Of a stretch of 64,000 nt of DNA, positions 58,130-64,000 are shown in pieces (positions within the stretch are counted from its first letter, which is position 1; each line of letters opens with the position of its first letter). Both the position numbers and the translations under genes were made by a program. The notes under the pieces are model-generated. The model ran no database searches. It worked only from the letters and a program-made list of their open reading frames with translations, and had not been told where the DNA came from. Source of the DNA: Methanoregula sp. (GTDB lineage: Archaea; Halobacteriota; Methanomicrobia; Methanomicrobiales; Methanospirillaceae); the NCBI GenBank assembly GCA_039698055.1, contig JBDKTL010000024.1, forward strand, positions 1 through 64,000, read 5' to 3'.

Positions 58130-58759
58130 ATGACGATGACACCAGATAATAACCGGCAGCAGCACGTTCCCTCATCACCGCTTGTCGTAAAAGTCGGGGG
58201 CAGTCTCTCCTTGAATATCCGGGAGATCATACCAGCCCTGCTTGCCAGTCCGCGAACACTGCTTATCGTGCCTGGAGGGGGAAAATTTGCAGATGCAATT
58301 CGCCGGCTTGCAGTGCACGATGATCCGGCTCACTGGATGGCGATCGCTGCGATGGAGCAGTATGGGTGGATGCTGGCGTCGTACGGGGTGCCAACCACAG
58401 ACATTCTCGCAAATCCAGAAATGACATCAGTATTCTTACCCTATTCAACCATGCGGCAATCAGATCCTCTCCCACATTCGTGGAATGTAACATCAGATAC
58501 TATTGCTGCGTGGGTGGCAAAAACGCTGGACACCGATCTCCTCATACTTAAGTCCGTGGATGGCATCATGGTTCGCGGAATCTTCCAAGATCATCTTACC
58601 GGCCCGGTTGAATCAGACAGCGTGGATTCCTGCTTTATACCGTTTGTCCTAAAAAGCAACGTTTCGACGATGATCCTCAATGGAACACATAGAGAACGGG
58701 TGGAACGATTCCTCGCAGGGGAACAAGTTTTAGGCACCCGCATTGGTACAACATTTTAA
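58130..58759 (+). CDS. Amino-acid-kinase family protein, probable methanofuran pathway kinase MfnE
   Basis: VVKVGGSL, VPGGG.FAD, HWMAI, LPHSW.VTSD.IAAW. Confidence 0.8.
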   Translation: MTMTPDNNRQQHVPSSPLVVKVGGSLSLNIREIIPALLASPRTLLIVPGGGKFADAIRRLAVHDDPAHWMAIAAMEQYGWMLASYGVPTTDILANPEMTSVFLPYSTMRQSDPLPHSWNVTSDTIAAWVAKTLDTDLLILKSVDGIMVRGIFQDHLTGPVESDSVDSCFIPFVLKSNVSTMILNGTHRERVERFLAGEQVLGTRIGTTF

Positions 58760-58804
58760 AGGTTCTAAAAGAGATACTATAGGAATCCTTGGAGGAGCAA
58801 ACAA

Positions 58805-58966
58805 ATGTCAGATAAAAAATGTACATCCTGCAACGCTCCGCTTGCAGAAGAGGGTGCAACAGAGTTTGGGTGCCCCGCGTGCGGTGTCGAGATTACCCGG
58901 TGCTACCGGTGCAGGGAGCAGAGTATTCCCTACGTCTGCCCGAAATGTGGATTCGGGGGACCGTGA
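58805..58966 (+). CDS. Small Zn-ribbon protein (DUF1610-like; below ORF track cutoff)
   Basis: Hand translation MSDKKCTSCNAPLAEEGATEFGCPACGVEITRCYRCREQSIPYVCPKCGFGGP; GGAGG RBS; usual position before EF-1beta. Confidence 0.92.
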   Translation: MSDKKCTSCNAPLAEEGATEFGCPACGVEITRCYRCREQSIPYVCPKCGFGGP

Positions 58967-58969
58967 GGT

Positions 58970-59227
58970 ATGGGTAGCGTCGCAGCCATTATGAGGGTTA
59001 TGCCGGAATCCCCGGAAGTAAACCTCGAAGAGCTTAAAAAAGCACTCAAAGAAAAACTCCCGGGCATACAGGACATCCGGGAAGAGCCAATCGGCTTTGG
59101 ACTTAAAGCGCTCAAATTTGCGGCCATCGTAAACGATGCCGGTGGGCAAACCGATGAAATTGAGAAGAGTCTCAGCCAGATCCCCGGCGTCGAGCGGGTA
59201 GAGACTATTGAAGTAACCCTTACGTAA
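58970..59227 (+). CDS. ef1b: Elongation factor 1-beta
   Basis: RVMPESPEV, EEPIGFGLKAL. Confidence 0.95.
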   Translation: MGSVAAIMRVMPESPEVNLEELKKALKEKLPGIQDIREEPIGFGLKALKFAAIVNDAGGQTDEIEKSLSQIPGVERVETIEVTLT

Positions 59228-59237
59228 AAACAGAGCT

Positions 59238-59286
59238 GCGCCAGCATCCTTATCAGAAAAAGATAAGCTGACGGTGCACTTTTTTT
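59238..59286 (+). terminator. Hairpin + T-run terminator after EF-1beta
   Basis: GCGCC..CAGC..CTTATC / GATAAG-CTG..GGTGC stem followed by T7. Confidence 0.55.
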
Positions 59287-59399
59287 AAACTCTTCTGATA
59301 GTAAGTGCATAACTCTTTTTGATCTGACGGGTCCTGGCGATCCAAAACGGCATTAATTCGGATAAATTTCGTCCTGTGGCGGGATTATATTAAAATCGT

Positions 59400-60347
59400 T
59401 CAGATTCCGAGTTTTTCAAAAACAGTCTGCGTACTCGCGCGTATCTTTTCGACCGATTCACGATAAGCGATGACTTCTGATTCATCAATCCTGATCGTTA
59501 CAGGAAATGCACCGTTGTGGTTTATCCGTGCGGGCACACCTATACAGACATCCCCGATACCATGCACTTCACTTTTCACATATGCAGAAACGGTTAGGAT
59601 CCGGTTTTCATCGCCAAGAACGGTCTTAACCAGCGACGCGATCGCTTCACCTGGCCCGTAAATGGTTGATCCTTTGTTTTTTATGATCTGTTCGCCGGTG
59701 CATTTTACCGTATCGATAAATTCACTCACCGGCAGGTGTGAGAACGCCGGCAGGTTGGATATTTTGATCCCGCCAATCGTTGTAGCAGACCAGAGCGGCA
59801 CCATACTATCGCCATGTTCACCAATAATGCGCGTGTGAACTTCACTTACATGCACTTTAAAATACGTCGCAATAAGGGATTTCAACCGCATCGAATCAAG
59901 ATGCGTCCCCAGACCAAATACCTGGTTTGGTTTTAAACCGGAATATTTCAGAGCGATACATGTCATCACATCGACCGGGTTAGTTACCATAATTATTTTG
60001 GTATCTGGTGCAACCGTGCCCAGTGTTTTAGCAATCGGCGCGATAATCCTGGCATTGCCGAGTGCAAGATCGAGGCGATCCTGGCCAGGTTCCCGGGGAG
60101 TTCCTGCAGTAATTACCACAATCTCCGAGCCGGCTGCATCTTTGAGGTTCGTTGTCCAATTTACACGTATATTGGTGCCCCGTGCGGCAAAAGAATCGAT
60201 AAAATCCTGAGTAATACCTTTTAAGAGTGCTTCGCGGCCTTCCCTTCCGTAGAGAAGGATCTCGTGCACATGCGGATTTGCAGAAATTGCATAAGCGGCA
60301 AACATGCCGACATTACCAGTTGCTCCGATAATGGTAACTTTTGACAT
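59400..60347 (-). CDS. mdh: Malate dehydrogenase (LDH/MDH family)
   Basis: IGATGNVG, ITAGTPREPGQDRLDL, VTNPVD, LDSMR, GEHGDS. Confidence 0.88.
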   Translation of the reverse strand: MSKVTIIGATGNVGMFAAYAISANPHVHEILLYGREGREALLKGITQDFIDSFAARGTNIRVNWTTNLKDAAGSEIVVITAGTPREPGQDRLDLALGNARIIAPIAKTLGTVAPDTKIIMVTNPVDVMTCIALKYSGLKPNQVFGLGTHLDSMRLKSLIATYFKVHVSEVHTRIIGEHGDSMVPLWSATTIGGIKISNLPAFSHLPVSEFIDTVKCTGEQIIKNKGSTIYGPGEAIASLVKTVLGDENRILTVSAYVKSEVHGIGDVCIGVPARINHNGAFPVTIRIDESEVIAYRESVEKIRASTQTVFEKLGI

Positions 60348-60357
60348 GATATCATCA

Positions 60358-60669
60358 ATGGGGACGTGTTATCGGTCGAATGTACGTTACTACTTTTGCC
60401 AAAGTATCCATCCTCCACCCCGTTACCCCATGGGCGCCGGATGCCTACGGTAAGTCTGCTCCCTTCCGGGCCTGAACCGGTTCCCGTAGCAACAGGTCGC
60501 CATTCCCTCCGGAATTTTGATACCTGTCCATCGACCTCATGGGACGAGGTTTCACCGTCAGAACACGCAAAGCTCCAGCAGGTCGTTGCAGCCTTCCTCA
60601 AACTTCGCCCCCCGCGTACCGACGGTTTCAGGTTACAGGTGACGCCGAACCACCCGGGCTAGTCCCCAT
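60358..60669 (-). ncRNA. ffs: Archaeal SRP (7S) RNA
   Basis: Alu-like 5' GGACTAGCCCGGGTGGTTCGGCGTCACCTGTAACC, helix 8 TCAGGCCCGGAAGGGAGCAG, terminal helix 1 ATGGGGAC/GTCCCCAT. Confidence 0.95.
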
Positions 60670-60810
60670 ATACCTTTGTGCCCCGGTCAATAAATGCTTT
60701 TTATGATCCCCGGGAATCTATCCCCGGGAACATTTGACATGATAACAATATTCCTAACAAGGAAAAGCAAAAAAAATCTGTATCAAATCTCTTTATAGAT
60801 TTACAAGAGA

Positions 60811-61842
60811 TCAGGGAATAAAAGGATCCCCACCGATACGATTCTGCCAGTTGCTGATGATATCTGAAACGGTGGAAGGTTTATTCTTTTCAAAAATATC
60901 AAGGGCTGTCACAGGCTCTGCGCCCTTTGGGAGGATATGACCCAGCAAGCGGAAATCCCCCTGGTAAACTTCAATAACCTGTTTTCCACTTGTTTCTGCA
61001 ATTTTCACGGGCTCCCGTGTCACCGGGTGGCGTGCCATATCCTCCAGTTGTTCGAAAAGTCTCACCAGTTCGATAGTTAGGTACTGCCGGTTTACCTCAA
61101 GATTGAACGCAGACCAGAATGCGGACGCATACCATGCATCATTCATGATAACATGTGGCACACCAAGGCACGCTGCAGCAAGACCAAGTGTCCCGGCTCC
61201 ACAACAGGCGTCCACGAAGAGCGGTACCGGGGGCGTTCCCACATGCCGGGTAACGGACTGGATCTTCGGGTATCCTCCGCGCGGAAATTCAACATGTACC
61301 AGTGATTGTTGTTTGTAAACCACCAGCGGCCCGGTAACCAGTGGAAAAATATCTGCCCGCACGTCACACCCGGCGAGTAACTCATAAACCTTAGGGACGG
61401 CATCCGGATCAACGGTTGCCAGTCCGGGAATGAAAGGTGCAGTTTTTACGACACCCCGCACTTCGGGTACTTCTGCATGTATCCGCACCGCTGCCTTTTT
61501 TGATACCCGACCAGACATAAGGACAAGGGATTTCTTAGGGAGAAACGGAGGTTTATCCATCGCAAACCCGGGATGGATAAGAGGGGCCCCTACAGTAATG
61601 AGAGGATCAGAGGAGGTGAGATTTCCTTCTTCCTGCATGATGACGTACATATGGGCAAAAACATCATCGATAAACCGTTTTCCGCAGGAGCAGGGTTCGG
61701 CAATAACCGGATTTTTTAGGGGGACGCGTTTATCAAGAACCCGTATACTGCACTCAGCACACGGAAGAAAGATAGTCGGCAGTGTTGAGAGAATGTCTGT
61801 TGCTGAGCGTACGCAGTCCATCCCGCACACCGGACATTTCAT
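60811..61842 (-). CDS. Hypothetical protein with Cys-rich N-terminus and class I SAM-methyltransferase-like domain
   Basis: CPVC..C, CAEC, CSCG; FVDACCGAGTLG motif I; NDAW. Confidence 0.75.
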   Translation of the reverse strand: MKCPVCGMDCVRSATDILSTLPTIFLPCAECSIRVLDKRVPLKNPVIAEPCSCGKRFIDDVFAHMYVIMQEEGNLTSSDPLITVGAPLIHPGFAMDKPPFLPKKSLVLMSGRVSKKAAVRIHAEVPEVRGVVKTAPFIPGLATVDPDAVPKVYELLAGCDVRADIFPLVTGPLVVYKQQSLVHVEFPRGGYPKIQSVTRHVGTPPVPLFVDACCGAGTLGLAAACLGVPHVIMNDAWYASAFWSAFNLEVNRQYLTIELVRLFEQLEDMARHPVTREPVKIAETSGKQVIEVYQGDFRLLGHILPKGAEPVTALDIFEKNKPSTVSDIISNWQNRIGGDPFIP

Positions 61843-61955
61843 TCTGCTTCCTAAGATGTTCCATAATAGATACTTTGTTAATTATTTTTTATGGGTATGA
61901 TGAAAATCCTGTTTGGCGATAAAAAAACAAAAAATCAAATTTTAATAATCTAAAA

Positions 61956-62030
61956 TGGGCCTGATGCGATTCGAACGCATGACCGCCCGGTTATGAGCCG
62001 GGCGCTCTAACCGGACTGAGCTACAGGCCC
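61956..62030 (-). tRNA. tRNA-Ile2(CAT) (agmatidine type)
   Basis: CAT anticodon, but acceptor, anticodon stem and T arm are nearly identical to tRNA-Ile(GAT) at 49586; tandem with tRNA-Asn. Confidence 0.88.
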
Positions 62031-62035
62031 AAAAA

Positions 62036-62108
62036 CGCCGCCAACAGGGCTCGAACCTGTGACATTCGGATTAACAGTCCGACACTCTACCAACTGAGTT
62101 ATGGCGGC
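62036..62108 (-). tRNA. tRNA-Asn(GTT)
   Basis: GCCGCCA/TGGCGGC acceptor, TCGGA-CTGTTAA-TCCGA. Confidence 0.96.
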
Positions 62109-62238
62109 AAATTCCCTGTGCCTTAATAGATTCTTTGTGAGTCTTTTTAAAGGTAACCTATGGATGTGGCAGAGAACAAAGGACAAATGTGCTCTCCGCA
62201 TCCAGGATGTTTTATACAAAATGCGGGTATGGGTCATA

Positions 62239-62523
62239 TCAGGATTTTTTCATCGCATCAAGGAGATTGATGAGATCATCAAGATCCTCGTTGAGATGTG
62301 CAAACAACTCCACCGTGCGTTTTGTTGCTACCGCACCATCCGTTGAAGCGCGGATATACCCCAGCTGCTCCAGCACATGAAGCGAGTACCGTATCCGGTG
62401 AGAGGGTAGATCAAGAAGCTCGGATAGTTTCATGATCCCAATCGGCTGGTGTTCTGTCACAGCCCGTGCTACGTCAAGATGTCGGCTCAATAGTTCGATC
62501 TCCTCCTTCATCTTGTCAAGCAT
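62239..62523 (-). CDS. Small wHTH protein (COG3388-like)
   Basis: RHL.V..V.EHQPIGI.KLS...HRIRYSL.VLE..GYI..S..GA. Confidence 0.85.
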   Translation of the reverse strand: MLDKMKEEIELLSRHLDVARAVTEHQPIGIMKLSELLDLPSHRIRYSLHVLEQLGYIRASTDGAVATKRTVELFAHLNEDLDDLINLLDAMKKS

Positions 62524-62545
62524 GATCTCTCACCGAAGTCCGGCA

Positions 62546-62794
62546 TTACGTATTTTTAGATTTACTTCCATGCTCTTCAAGCCATGCTTTTACCGCGTAG
62601 TATTTTTCCCTGAAATTCCACGTAAGAACTGCTGCAAGGATCAGCATCACGACAATTGCGGCAATGCGATACGGATTTGGCATGAGAAAAAATGCGATGA
62701 CCGAGAGGGCTACCAGCATAATGATGATGTTAAGCTGAACGGCGAGTCGGTAAAACGTCCACTTGAACTGGTTTTTGGCAGTATCATCCATCAC
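62546..62794 (-). CDS. Small two-TM hypothetical protein
   Basis: Two hydrophobic helices; GAGGT RBS. Confidence 0.7.
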   Translation of the reverse strand: MMDDTAKNQFKWTFYRLAVQLNIIIMLVALSVIAFFLMPNPYRIAAIVVMLILAAVLTWNFREKYYAVKAWLEEHGSKSKNT

Positions 62795-62850
62795 TCGTAC
62801 CTCAACTTTGGAATAAAAGTACTTGACGTTTCACGTACATATGATGATGA

Positions 62851-63978
62851 ATGGATGCACTTGACGCTGCGATAAAAAAATGCGGTGCGGATGCGTTTGT
62901 CCTTTACGCCTCATCAGATGAGGCTGATATGCGCTATCTCACCCGGGTAATTATGCATGATCCGTTCGTCTTTTTCAAACGGGTAAAGCAGCCCGCGACC
63001 ATTATCACCTCTCAGATGGAGGCCGAGCGCGCCTCCCACGAATCACCGGTTGCGGTCATAACAAGAACACAGGCAGGTCTTCTGGATATTATCAAAAAGG
63101 AAAAAAATCCATGGAGAGCAACAGCACACATGATCGCGGGGCAGACCGGGAAAAAAATACTGGTATCACCGACATTTCCCGCGGCGCTTGTCCGTGCGCT
63201 TGAAGAAATAGCCACCGTTTTTGTTGATGACGGCACGATAGAAAAGATGCGGGCAATAAAAACAAAAGACGAGATCCATTTGATAAAAAACGTTCAGAAA
63301 AACACGGAACGCGCGATGGCACTGGGCGTCACCCTTATCCGTAAGGCACAGGTCAAAAAAGGCATTCTTTACCGGGATGGCAAACCTCTCACTTCAGAAT
63401 CCGTGAGAACGGCGATGCAAACACAACTCATGGGCGCCGGGTGCCGGGCCGCCGAGACAATTGTATCCTGCGGCATGGATACGGCACTTCCCCATGTAAT
63501 CGGTACCGGACACCTTCTGGCAAATGAACCAATCGTCATCGATATGTTCCCCAAAGATGAAGGGACTGGGTATTTTGCCGACATGACACGTACAGTTTCG
63601 AAAGGAGCACCGGACCAGAAGCTTATTGAGATGTACGCGGCAGTCCGGGATGCACAGGCACTGGCGATCTCCCGAATCCATGCGGGCGTGCCCGGTTCAG
63701 AGATCCACCAGTCTGTTGTAGACCTGTTCAAAGACAGGGGATACGAGAGCAACACGACAGGATTTGTCCACAATCTCGGGCACGGCGTCGGGCTGCAGGT
63801 CCATGAACTCCCCACAGTCGGCCTGACTGGGCCCACTCTCAAAGCGGGTCACGTCATTACCGTCGAACCCGGACTCTATTATCCCGGAATTGGGGGCGTC
63901 CGGCTTGAAGATATGGGTGCAGTTACCGCAAGAGGATTCTCCAATTTCACCACGTTTCCCGAGGAATTAATTATATGA
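62851..63978 (+). CDS. Xaa-Pro peptidase (M24B)
   Basis: PH, ID.FP, GYFADMTRT, HNLGHGVGLQVHE, TVEPGLY, GGVRLED. Confidence 0.93.
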   Translation: MDALDAAIKKCGADAFVLYASSDEADMRYLTRVIMHDPFVFFKRVKQPATIITSQMEAERASHESPVAVITRTQAGLLDIIKKEKNPWRATAHMIAGQTGKKILVSPTFPAALVRALEEIATVFVDDGTIEKMRAIKTKDEIHLIKNVQKNTERAMALGVTLIRKAQVKKGILYRDGKPLTSESVRTAMQTQLMGAGCRAAETIVSCGMDTALPHVIGTGHLLANEPIVIDMFPKDEGTGYFADMTRTVSKGAPDQKLIEMYAAVRDAQALAISRIHAGVPGSEIHQSVVDLFKDRGYESNTTGFVHNLGHGVGLQVHELPTVGLTGPTLKAGHVITVEPGLYYPGIGGVRLEDMGAVTARGFSNFTTFPEELII

Positions 63979-64000
63979 ATGAAGATATCTTTGAAAAATA
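63975..64000 (+). CDS. Start of next gene (MNEDIFEK..., truncated); possibly type II methionine aminopeptidase
   Basis: ATGA overlap with peptidase stop; identity guessed from context only. Confidence 0.35.

Noticed and set aside
58743-59310. ORF-track entries of 83, 113 and 126 aa
   Set aside because: Off-frame or antisense to the real Zn-ribbon gene and EF-1beta
60221-60662. ORFs of 126 and 98 aa; RNase P RNA alternative
   Set aside because: The region is SRP RNA (helix 8 and Alu motifs); RNase P P4 consensus not seen
61956-62030. tRNA-Met call
   Set aside because: Body matches tRNA-Ile(GAT) in this window, which favours Ile2

Overview
Core chromosomal segment of a hydrogenotrophic methanogen, most consistent with Methanomicrobiales (Methanoregula-like). 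The assignment rests on the mtrA/G fusion followed by mtrH, the mtd-galT-mer cluster and a PGF-CTERM S-layer glycoprotein. The window holds the full S10/spc-type ribosomal protein superoperon (rpl3 to secY-adk-DUF106-cmk), mtd, mer, a divergent CetZ-like tubulin, NrpR, a surface-protein cluster, AMP phosphorylase, thyA, fibrillarin/Nop5/Cbf5, iorAB, nadX/nadC, EF-1beta, mdh, six tRNAs and the SRP RNA. I saw no CRISPR array, integrase or transposase. The least explained structure is non-coding. (1) The 845-bp gap between the S-layer gene and AMP phosphorylase holds a hairpin chain, a tRNA-like acceptor/T-arm module, G-tracts and two blocks of an exactly 32-bp-periodic, degenerate palindromic GATCG/A-tract array. 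(2) A ~550-nt hairpin-rich non-coding stretch lies upstream of rpl3. All calls come from reading motifs and context by eye; no database search or folding program was run.
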